Assembly (NCBI GenBank): GCA_001662655.1
Contig: KV460228.1
Reading direction: 5' to 3' (one strand)
From: Pseudogymnoascus verrucosus
Lineage: Eukaryota
Length of the DNA: 64,000 bases
Within the stretch, counting starts at the first letter, position 1, and each line of letters opens with the position of its first letter. The position numbers were made by a program, and so were the translations under genes. The notes under the pieces are model-generated. The model saw nothing but the letters and a program-made list of their open reading frames with translations, was not told the origin of the DNA and ran no database searches. Shown piece by piece: positions 49,536 to 60,387 of this stretch.

Positions 49536-51320
49536 ATGCAGATACAGGCCTCGCTTGTTCGGGCCTCCCTCCTGGCCATCTTGGGGTTTACCACCACGTC
49601 CAATGCAGGCTTGGCTCTAACTATCCCGACGAATACGAATGAGACCATCAATTCCCAAGTTCGTCTCGCATATGCCGGTCCAAATGGTGCGTACTTGTTT
49701 TCTCAGAGCCTTTGGTCGAGTCGTCGGTTCTGTTCCAACGCCAGGTTCTATATTCGATCCAGGCCCCTCACTCTAACACTTTGTCCTCTAGGCATGGTAG
49801 TTTCATGGAACACCTTCGACAAAGTTGCGCGCCCGACAGTAAAGTACGGAACCTCACCACAACGTCTTATATATTTTGCAGAATCAACCGTCTCCGTGAC
49901 GTACGACACCTCGCTCACGTACAATAACCATGTCCCACTGAAGGGCCTAAAACCAGATACCTTGTACTATTATCTCCCAGAGCCGCTGTTAAAGGATGAC
50001 TCCACCACCGCACCTTACTCGTTCCGCACCAGCAGACTTCCAGGTGATACGACACCGTATTCGGTGGCAGTGACCATTGATATGGGTACAATGGGCCCGG
50101 ATGGACTTAGCACAACTGCTGGACAAGGCGTGGATCCAAACAACATTCTGGGGCCGAATGATAACAACACTATACAATCACTAACTGCAGTGGTAGATTC
50201 CTATGATTTCCTCTGGCAGCGTAATTACCCCTCCAAGTCCATCAAAGAGCCAACGATTAACTAATATCCATAGCGGGTGATATGGCATACGCCGACTACT
50301 GGCTGAAAGAAGAGATAGGCGGATTCCTTCCAAATACTACAATAGCAGACGGCTACAAAGTATACGAGAAAATCCTCAACGAATTTTATGACGAAATGAC
50401 CCCAATCACGACCAAGAAGCCATATATGGTTGGACCTGGCAATCATGAAGCAAACTGTGACGCGGGCGGCACTACCGACAAGTCCAAGAACATCACGTAT
50501 GATGGCAGCATCTGCATGCCGGGTCAGTCCAATTTCACAGGCTTCATCAACCACTTCCGCATGCCGTCAGCGCAGAGTGGAGGAACGGGAAATTTCTGGT
50601 ATAGCTTTGATCATGGGATGGCGCACTATATCCAACTAGACACCGAGACAGATCTTGGTCATGGATTCATCGGTCCCGATGAGCCCGGTGGACTTGCAGG
50701 AGAGGATTCGGGACCATTCAACAGCATTATGAATGCACAGACTACGTGGTTGCAGAAAGATTTAGCGGCTGTGGATCGGATCAAGACGCCGTGGGTTATA
50801 GTCGCGGGTCATAGACCTTGGTATCTATCTTACGCCAACGTCTCCAAGACTATTTGCTGGACTTGCAAAGACGTTTTCGAACCATTGTTGCTGCAGTATG
50901 GTGTTGATCTTGTCATCTCCGGACATGCGCATTTTTACCAGCGCTCGGCTCCTATCGCGAATGGGGTCATTGATCCGAACGAGCTGAACAATCCTTCTGC
51001 ACCGTGGTATAGTACGTTCTCTCTAAACCTAGCGTCGCTCCACACTTGCTCTCGTCTACATTCAAAGAGTTTAGCTGACAGTTCAAACAGTCACCAATGG
51101 CGCAGCAGGCCACTACGACGGCCTTGACTCGCTCGCGACTACTCCGCAGCCTTACCAGCGCTTCGGACTCGACGTCAGAGATGGAATCTACGGGTGGTCT
51201 AGACTGACGTTCCACAACTCCACGCATTTAACACACGACTTCGTTGCTTCAAAGAACGGCACAGTCTTGGATACAGCGACTCTGTATAAGAATAGGGTCT
51301 GCAGTGTGCCTAAATCGTAA
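49536..51320 (+). CDS. Secreted purple acid phosphatase (metallophosphoesterase), 4 exons
   Basis: Signal peptide; FN3-like N-domain (VVSWNT, YNNHV, LKPDTLYYY); metal-ligand motifs DMG, GDMAYAD, GNHE, GHRPWY and GHAHFY. Last exon ends ...TLYKNRVCSVPKS* at 51320. Confidence 0.93.
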
Positions 51321-51548
51321 GGTAGGTAAGAGCGGTTTCAAGAAGGGGCGACTGCCGCGCGACTTGAAACAGCTAAATTTATAGGAAATATAAATAAGGT
51401 GATAACAATAAAGCTAATTTCAAACTCTAGACACGTCTCGAAAAGTATGTACTGTTGATGCGCCGTTCCTGAAAAATACGCACAGTCCGTGACGATTCAT
51501 ATGGTGTTGTTAGTAGAAGTCTACATATTTAAACTAATGTAAATCTTA

Positions 51549-52781
51549 CACTAGGCAGCATGTAGTGTTTACTGCTTAACGCTATTTTAATGTGGTTTTT
51601 AATGTGTTATTTATAAGGATGCCTCCTTACTTAGGCTAGTTATAGTTGTTATATAGCACCCTTAAGACTTAGGGCTATTATAGGTTAATTACAACTATAA
51701 GCCTTAGGTATATAGTATAAGGAGGCCTTAGGTAAATAGGGAGTTAGCTAAGTTAGAGGGGTTTTAGGTATTTAAGGTAATATGAATAGAGGGTTATACC
51801 TTTATCTTTTTTATATCCTTTATAGTAGACCTATAGGATAGAATATAGCATTACCTCTAACTTATACTCCTATATACACCTATAGAGAGTTATATTCCCT
51901 ATGTCCTTATACTAATGTAGATGTTCCTTATAATTATACTAGCTTAGTTTAATAAAAGCCTTTAGCTTAGTAAAGAACTCTTTAATTAGATTTTTATCTA
52001 GTAAGTATAGTAGTAGATACACTAGCTTTATACTAGCATTATAGTACATCTCCTTTATTTGCTCTATGTAATAGATTAGAGCATTATCTATAATAATAAC
52101 TAAGTTAGGCCCTAGCTATAGATTTATAGAAGGCAGGAGATGCTCTATGAAATCCTTAAAAACAGTACTATCTATGGTTCCCTAGAAGATGTAGACAAAG
52201 AGAACGCCATCCTGTGCATACGCTAGTAATATCTGATATCGTTGCTCACGCTAGAATGGAGAAACCTGAATTAGAGTCACACTACAGGGGGCCCATCCTG
52301 TCCGTCTCTATCTAATTCGTTTGTCACAGCTAGATTCGTCTACAAACACATATTGCCACGAGCGGATGTGGGATGTATTATGGGAGTACAGGTCTCGGAG
52401 ATCAGCATTCCGCGCCTTCACTATACGGCCAATCTTTTTCTTAGACCAACTACGGTAATTTAATGCTCTCCCTATCCTGGAAACGGTTACAAGGACACGG
52501 AACTTGTCATACACAAAGTCAACTATCTCATGATGATATAGCCTAGGGTTATTTAGTAAGTGTTAGCATAGAGCATCTAACATCAGAGGCGTAACACTTC
52601 GGGACCGTCAGGCACTATTCGGAGGGGCTTTCGTGGTGCTAAAGAGTCGAAATCTTCTTTTTATTCTCTAGGCTCCACGCGTGCTGCAAGTAGCAGCGTC
52701 AGCTATTTTAGCAGGAGGACGCTTACGAAGGATCATAGTTTGGATCTGCTCATGCTGCGACTTTGCAAGTGATAGCGCCAT
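51549..52781 (-). mobile_element. RIP-degenerated Tc1/IS630-superfamily (DD34E) DNA transposon; transposase pseudogene starting at ATG 52781
   Basis: One frame with several stops: MALSLAKSQHEQIQTMI...WSKKK...YVFVDESSCD...IIIDNAL...YLLLYLLDKNLIKEFFTKLK. The last block is the YLPPYSPDxNPIEE motif after CpA>TpA/TpG>TpA changes, with 34 residues between the D and the mutated E. Left boundary is approximate. Confidence 0.9.
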
Positions 52782-52794
52782 TCTGGGGGGTTGG

Positions 52795-52914
52795 TTATAC
52801 AGCGCCGTTGAGAGGAGTGAGCCATTTTCATCAACGATGCTGTAGCCAGTGAAGCTTATAGGTCAGGTGGCATGTTCCTGTCACGTGTCACCTGAGGCTG
52901 AATTAATTTCTATG
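52795..52914. repeat. Direct repeat copy A (~120 bp)
   Basis: Aligns by eye at roughly 80-85% identity to 55953-56083 (TTATACAGCGC...GGAGTGAGCCATTTTC...TCAGGTGGCATGTTCCT.TCACGTG.CAC...CTGAGGC.GAA.TAATTT). Confidence 0.92.
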
Positions 52915-52990
52915 CCTGGCAAGTTGCGCCGCAACTCGGCCCAACTTAGCAGGCATACGCAACTGTTGCGGTGTAAACTCTATTCCTACA

Positions 52991-55931
52991 ATGAGTCAGA
53001 GCTTCGACTGGAACTACCCAGGCCTAAACTGGTCTCATTTTCACTCTCTTGCGAACCTCCTTTCGCTTCGAAATGGCGGCCAGGCCGAGCCTTCTTCGTT
53101 ATCTGATAGGGTGCTCGAAGAAGACTGGGATCCCGATGACGATGGAGATGGAAATACGCCTAGCATGGATACTAGACTCGCTAATCAGATATCGGACTCG
53201 GAGCATGAGAGGCTTAAACGAAGGTTTCTTGATTGTTTGGCTGAATTCGCGGCTAACAAGAAAGGCGGAACAGCAGTTGCTTGCTCCGCCATGAAGGAGG
53301 CTGAAGACAATGTCGCCATCTGGATTGCTCGTAATGAAGGCTTCTCTGATGCGGATAAGCCTACGTTTGATAAATTAGGAAAGGTGCTGGGTTCGTTATC
53401 TTGCAATAGTAATGCTTCCTGTGTGACTGCTTCATTTCTGTATTCTAACTCATGCTTCTTGTTCAGCTGATCAATCTGAGATTGTCCTATGGGAAGAGAT
53501 GGTCTCGTATCATCAGAACCGAATTGAACACAGCTATATTCCTAAGTTGAGGGCAAGCTTTAAAGCTCACGATGCTGCCCCCAGGAGGAACGGTACTAAC
53601 ACACTAGAAAACAGTGGAGTCTCTGATGCTGCCCTATCTGTCCTGCGGACTCTTCTTTTTAATGGTAATATTAACGGTGCAAGCACCCTTGAAAAGCACA
53701 TGAGTCTTGTTATCGCAGCATACAACCTGCGTCGAACAAGGAACATTGAGGAGGTACTCTACAGCTCTTCAAGCGCGACTTCCAGATCGAAGAGCTTGTG
53801 GTCTAATATCTGCCTGCTCGCCCGGCTCCGAGTCTCATTCCAGAATTTCAAGGACATTTCTCTCACACTTCCAAGCTTCGAACAAGTCACAATCATCCTG
53901 GTCTCTCGTCCTTTTACGCCTGTAAATCCGTCTCAACGCCCGCTCAACTTGAATGAGACCTTCGGTATCCTCCAACTTAAGCTAGATCCTACCACAACGA
54001 AAGCCGTCTTAGGCGAGAATTGGACAGTCCCTAAGATTAAAGGCGAGTTCGCAAAACAGCAGAAGCAAAAGCCAAACATACACGCCGAGGTTCAAATGTT
54101 GATGTCTCTGAATACTAATGGATCATCTACGTCAGGTTTGTTCCCGTATTTTGGATGTAGTAAGCTCAGCTGTTTCATGTGCAATCACTTTATTCAATCG
54201 TATGGGCGATTCACGACGAGAGGGTGCCATGGACGCCTCTTCAAGCCATGGACCGTGCCAAGTGTGGATCGACTACTGCCTGGTCAGGCCGATCGGATAG
54301 CAAAGGCTCTTATATTAGTTCAAAAGGAGGTTAAGAAAAAATTGACGGCCTCAGTCGAGGGCCATATTCGGCATGAACGAACTTCGGTTATCGGGGGAAG
54401 CAGTGTCTTAAGTGGTCGGCAAGAGGAGCGCTCACAGAGACAGTTGCAGATTGACCGGCTAAGGATGAAAGCAGAACGCAACAGAGTTACAGAAATGTTT
54501 AGAAGGTGAGAAAGTTTTGGATATCATTAGCTTTTTTCAATTACGCTCCCCGAAATATTTGTGCTAAGGGTGAGAAGGCAAACGGAGAACACGACCAGTT
54601 CAGCCAGCCCCACCTATTCAACTCCAGAAGGAAATGAGCCGCACTGGGAGGAGTGCGATATATGCATGAGACCGACGACGAGAACGTGCAGCATTTGCAA
54701 CAAAGACTTCTTCTGCAGAGATTCGTGCCAGGAGAAAAGATCCGGAAGCCATTTGTTCACGTGCTCTAAACGCCCACTTACTTCCGCCGATTATCTCTGG
54801 AAGTCATTGATAGACGATCTCATGCCTGAAGATGAGGATGTTCTTGAAGATTTCGGATTCAACAACGTTCTCTTTGGCGGGGACCAGACTTACCTTCTAG
54901 GGCTCTACCAAGGCCTCTATCTTTCCGGCAAGTTCTCAGCGGAGGACATACATGAGTGGCGTGTTGGGGACATCCTGGTCGATAAGATCAAGGAGTTCTA
55001 TTACAGCATTCCGCAGAATTCTCGTGGGCAATACTTTCCCTGGTTTCTGAAGAATTCCTATGCCCTAGAGCGCCATATGACCAAAGAAGAAGCGCAACAA
55101 AATTTAATAGCGACCTTCTACGACAAGGCCAGGCCGTACTTAGATATCGAGGATCGCAACAAGACAGCTAGGGAACTACAGCCAGAAGCTAAGGGAAGTA
55201 GTTACAACTTGCTAGCGGGAGTGTTATTCCGCGCTAGTCCTAATCCGATTGATAGAAATTGGTACTCTTTCGGGTTTGTAACCTGCCGCGGACAGGGCGA
55301 AGAAAGTGTGCTCGTAGATCTCTACCAGCTCCTTCTTACCGAAAGCGACGGAAGTTTTTTCTACGAGTTCCATAACAGTCGAAGAGGTGTCATTAAGCCT
55401 GCCACATTCACACAATTTTGGAAAGCATATGAAACGGGAACACTTATCCAGCTCATGGATTCGAAGGGGCTGAAGGAACTACGATCCAGGCTCCCGTTCC
55501 TAGAGGGCTTTTTGTCCGTGGGGCCGGCCGACCCCCTCCCATCCGTATGGAACCTGAAGCAGTGTGTTGAGATCAACGATCTGATGGACCATCCGCCCAT
55601 TCCATCAGTCAACGTTGACTATGGATTTATCAACTGCCATAATTTCGAGGAAACTTGCATACTGATGGAAATTTACGGAAAGGTTTTGAAGACTGCGAAT
55701 CCACTGGAACTCCACCAGGCGTGTGTGGCTGGTGATTTGTTTCAATATGCAAGTGACTATGTCTGGATGGAGGAGCGGTGGAGGTCTTTGATGAGGAATA
55801 TTTATCCTTTGAAAGAAGTGGTGGAGTCGGAGCTGGGGCCAGAGCTGAGATCAGACGTAGGGTCAGAGGCGAATGAAGATCCTGCGGGTTTGCCATCGCT
55901 ATTGTCGAGACTTTGGGAGTTCATTAGATAA
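52991..55931 (+). CDS. OTT_1508-like nucleic-acid deaminase fused to a MYND-like zinc finger and a C-terminal helical domain, 3 exons (52991-53408, 53467-54505, 54578-55931), ~936 aa
   Basis: Family-typical N-region FLDCLAE...AVACSAM...IWIARN; catalytic IHAEVQML...YFGCSKLSCFMC; zinc finger CDIC-x7-CSIC-x5-CRDSC-x7-HLFTC. Introns 53409-53466 and 54506-54577 give a continuous frame; the second acceptor is less certain. Confidence 0.8.
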
Positions 55932-55952
55932 TAAATAGCTTCTAGTTCTACC

Positions 55953-56083
55953 TTATACAGCGCTGTATGGGGGGAGTGAGCCATTTTCGTCGACGATGTT
56001 GTTGCAAGTAAATGTTAAAGATCAGGTGGCATGTTCCTATCACGTGCCACAAGCTTTAGGCCTGAGGCAGAACTAATTTTATG
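55953..56083. repeat. Direct repeat copy B (~130 bp)
   Basis: Second copy of 52795-52914 with an ~11-nt insertion; starts 22 bp after the deaminase stop codon. Confidence 0.92.
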
Positions 56084-56350
56084 GCGCCGAGTTCAGGTGT
56101 TCTCAGTAAACCCCTAAGTGCAACCCCCGTGGATGTGGAAAGTCACGTGCAAGCACACCGAGTGGTGGAGGTAAGCTAATGCAGCTTTAGGTCATTATAG
56201 TACTAGCGCATTCCAAAAATATCTCCAAAACATATAACATTGAATTTTCGGACTGACACTACTTTCGACTTTTACTGTATACATCATATAAAACAGAAAT
56301 TATATACTCATAAATACTAATATGTAGCAGATAAACAAACAAAAATATCC

Positions 56351-58099
56351 TCAAGATACAACCCCCCCATTAGTCCTCTGTCCCTCCCTATACACCTTAT
56401 CCGCCTCCACCCTCCTCATCTTGACCTGCTCCCTCCTCCCAAACAACCCTAAACAAAGCGGCGGCACCATAACCACCATTGCAATCACAGCCTGAAACCA
56501 CAGCGCACGCTGCATATTCCTCGGGACATCCGACCCGGGCCCGCCATTCTCCCCATCCGTCAACGCATCACTAATAACGATAAACAGCCCACCGAGCAAC
56601 TGCCCACCCGACCACAAAATCGTACTCGTCACCTCCGGGCTAACAGGATGCGTGAGCTCCGTCACATACTCAAGCGCCACAGGGAGGAGTGTAAACGACG
56701 CCGCGCCAAGGATAGCGAGGATAGTATACGGGGCCGCGACGCCACGAGTGGGCGGGGCCCAGATGAACGCTAGGTACGCGAGGGCGATGAGGGGGACCTG
56801 TATTTTGATAGCGAGGAGGAATTTCTTCGAGCGATCAAGGATGGGGGATGAGATGGCTGCGGCGACGAGGCCGACGACGATGAGGATCGCGCCGGCGATG
56901 CCGGCTTCTTCTTCGGTGAAGCCGTAGGGGGAGAGCATTTGGTTGAGGAGGGAGGAGATGGAGTTGAAGAGGCCGACGTAGACGGTGTAGGGGATGAGCA
57001 TCATGATGAACTCAGGGGATTTGAAGAGCGTCTTTATGGAGGGGATGATGTCCAGCTTGTGCTCTGTTGATGATGGCGAGGATGGCGTTGGTGGAGCGGC
57101 GGGTATGAAGAAAGAAGGGATCGAAGCAACCGTAGCCTGTACTCATTAGCCCCCATTCCAAGAATACACAGGCAAGTGTCAGTACTCACAATAATAGAAA
57201 TATACAACACCATATTCGGTATATCCCCCTTATTCGGCGCAAAAAACGGATCAATCAACTGCCCCAACGCCCCTCCCAACGGATTCGCCAGCGTCATCAC
57301 CGCCGTCGCCGCCACACGCCCATTATTCGTAAACCACAGATCGCTATAGTGCGTCGGTGACGACAGCACGAACGGCTGCGCAAACCCCGTCAGGATCTGG
57401 CCAAACATGACGACGCCGTAGTTCTGGACGCGGGTCCCGCCGTAGCGGATCCAGTTCCCGACGAGGAGGAGGACAGAGGCGGTTATGATGGCGGGCTTGG
57501 GACCGCCTTTGTGAAGGACGTAGATGGTGAAGGGTGTTGCGACGCAGAAGGCGAAGAGGAAGCCGGTGCTTAGCCAGTTTACAGCCGTCATTGAGATATC
57601 GAAGTATTCCGATGCCGTCGTCGAGACAGGCGCAAAAGAGAGCCACTGTTGTCGCATTCAGTCAGTTTCCGCATCTCTACATTCGCAATCCCAAGGGAAA
57701 AGGTGGTGAACTCACATCCCAACTAACAACCACATTCAACAGCACAAGCTGCAACAACCCAAACCACCTCCTCTTATAAACCTTCCACACCACCTCCCCC
57801 TCCCCCCCCTCCAACAACCCATCCCTACTCCCCATATTCTCCAGCGCCTCTCCCTCCGCACTCGCGTTCATCTTCCCAAACCACCCTTTCCGTCTCCACC
57901 CCTTCTTCGCCCCGCGCTGCTGCTCTCCCTCAGCCTTCGTCGCAGCGCCCGACGTCGCAGTCTCAAGCGTCGCGCTGTCGTCTCTCGTCGTCGAGGTTTC
58001 AATCCGTTCCGCTGCGTCGTTGCTGTTGTCGTCCTTAGTCACCACAGCGTCGTTCTTACTCAGCCCAGCAACAGCAGTAGCAGCAGCATCACTACCCAT
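56351..58099 (-). CDS. MFS transporter, FLVCR/SLC49-like, 3 exons
   Basis: VYKRRWFGLLQLVLLNVVVSW|..WLSFAPV, GQILTGFAQPFVL, WF...GRVAATA and ANPLGGALGQL; many TM segments; likely start MGSDAAA at 58099. Confidence 0.9.
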
Positions 58100-58921
58100 A
58101 TCGTCGCGTACGGGCGCACGCGCGCGCGCAAGCCACCGTAAGCTGATCGTGCGCTGCGTCCCACTGTACTCTCTCTCTAGTGGAGATCCCCGTCTCACCG
58201 CCAAGCCGTCATAAGATTACCGTGGTACACACAAACTTAATACCAGGTCGTCCTTCCACAATCTCTCACATCTGCAAATCGCAGTTGTAAGCAATAACAG
58301 TTTGTCCAGTCAAGAAAATCCACCGTACGTCGTTTCGTCAGTATACCCGGCGGGTCGCTCCGAACTGACTGACTCTGTGGTGGGCTGCGGCGGGCTTTAA
58401 GGGCCCGCACTATAGTGGCTTTGGCGCGTGGGTTCCCTCGGCACTACTCCTCACTTTCTGGCTTGGGGGCCAGCCCCGAATGGGAAAGTGGTCAGATTAT
58501 TGGATTGTGCAGAAAGCCACAAACGCGGGGGATAAGGAATCCTTACTCGTGGTTCTATTATTGCAACCTCATCTTATATTAATGTATCTACTACAAGTAC
58601 TGAACTGTACAAGGAACATGGTGAGTTGGGTGTATATCTTCGATATCATCCTAGGCATATCACAGGCTTCACATGCAAAAGACAACAGCTATATCAAGAG
58701 ACAAGAAAGTCATGAATTGTTAAAGCACTCTACTACAGAAAGAAAGCATTTCGCTAATCCCAAACGTCATTCCAAACGCCATTCAAACAAGAAGCTTCTC
58801 TTCGGCCAAGTCTATCCCATACAATTGCGCGCTTTTAACCATGTCCATGCCCAGTTTCCTTGTCATTGCTCCGCTTATCGTGTCTACCCCAGCCGGAGAA
58901 TTATGAGCCAAACGACGTCCT

Positions 58922-59953
58922 TTACTTGGGTTCCTGTCCCTTGGGTCCCTTCACCTTAGGCCCCTTCACCTTGGGTGGTGCAAGTGGAGTCTTTGGGTCT
59001 TCCTTCTTGGGCGGATAATAAACCGGGCAGCCTGAAATGATAACGTTGAACTGGTTGTCATCGAACTCTTGACCCCAGATCAGACCCGAACCATCCTGTC
59101 TTGCGCACTCGTAGATGATTCTATATGCGTACTCAGCAATAGTCTGGACCTTGACATGGTTTGCCTGCGGGTTCTGTGATTCCTATCAGCACTGGCTCGT
59201 TTGAAATCGCTACATATGAATCTTACATCATTGCACAGCTGGATGCGAGCACGCTCCGCCTCATCACAAGCAGTCAAGTCGACGCACTGTGGGTGATATT
59301 AGTAGGTCGAACGACGTCCAAATTCCAAGAGAAGGAACTTACATGGCCATGGCCACCGCCAATGACGACAACGGCACTGTCGTTTGTGGCGGCAAGAGCG
59401 CCAACGACGGCTGCGAGCTTATAAGCAGCCCAGGTCTCTCCGTACTGGGCAACCGTCATGTCTTCTCTATCACAAACAATCTTGTCCTGCATTGCAACGT
59501 CAGAATTGAGATGGCATCAGATGAGCTTACTGACCTGTGGAGCCTTGGAAGCCGTGACCTTCTTGCGGCGAACGAGGCCTCCAACGTGGTGGACCTGGGC
59601 ATCGCGAGCTACCTGGACCATCTCATTGCTGACCTCCTGCACAGCCCAGAGTCAGTGACTATCTCAAGCATACTCGGGTATGGGACATGCCTTGAGATTG
59701 CCATAGTAAGAGTACACCTCCCCGGCAGGGCCAATTGGGCCAATCCACTCGAGAGCATTGGCAGCGCGAGCGGGAGTAGCAGTGTCAGTATTGCGCTCGC
59801 TGGCAAGACTGATGAACCCTTGGGGCGCACCGAAGACCTACATAGAATATGATGTTAGGATGATGACACTTCAAACAACGTTGTCGGCTCGGGGCCAACA
59901 CCTACCTGGCTGGCAAGTGCCAAAGCAGTGAGGGAGGTAACACAAGTCTTCAT
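58922..59953 (-). CDS. Secreted Cys-containing protein, 6 exons (59953-59906, 59837-59691, 59636-59535, 59486-59343, 59286-59227, 59173-58922), ~250 aa
   Basis: Manual splicing gives signal peptide MKTCVTSLTALALASQVFG, a pro-region, a basic RRKK site, a six-Cys domain (…IQLCND|NPQ…IAEYAYRIIYEC…GQEFDDNQFNVIISGC) and a Lys/Pro tail. Every exon length is a multiple of 3. Confidence 0.8.
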
Positions 59954-60387
59954 GTTGAAGTAATGTAGAATAGCGGTTCTTGATAAGAATTAAGGCGTAG
60001 AGCAATAAGTATGGGAAGCAAAAATGTAGCAGAAGTGTAGCTATGTGTTTGGATGGATGCTTGCAAAAGTATGATGTTGAAAGAGAGAGACAGAGAGAAG
60101 ATCGTCGGAATGCCTTGGATTAAGTACAGCGAGCGAGGATCGTACCTTCCAACATTGAGTCTGTTGAGAGGAAGGAGTAAACAGTGCGATCTCACTTGCC
60201 AAAACCAGTAGAAAAAGACATCCACTCAATGTTATCATGGAGTCAATATAGGTTCGTTGCAAAAATATGGCTATAAATTGCTGATATATGGAAATAAATG
60301 GTAAATAATCTGGCATCATATCGTCCAACATCAACACATCCTCGATCATATATACCTTACTTACCTGCCACCACCCTCATATCGCTC

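Noticed and set aside
19344..58099. Heme-themed cluster (HEM3 plus FLVCR-like transporter)
   Set aside because: The genes are about 36 kb apart with unrelated genes between them, and the transporter substrate is unknown.
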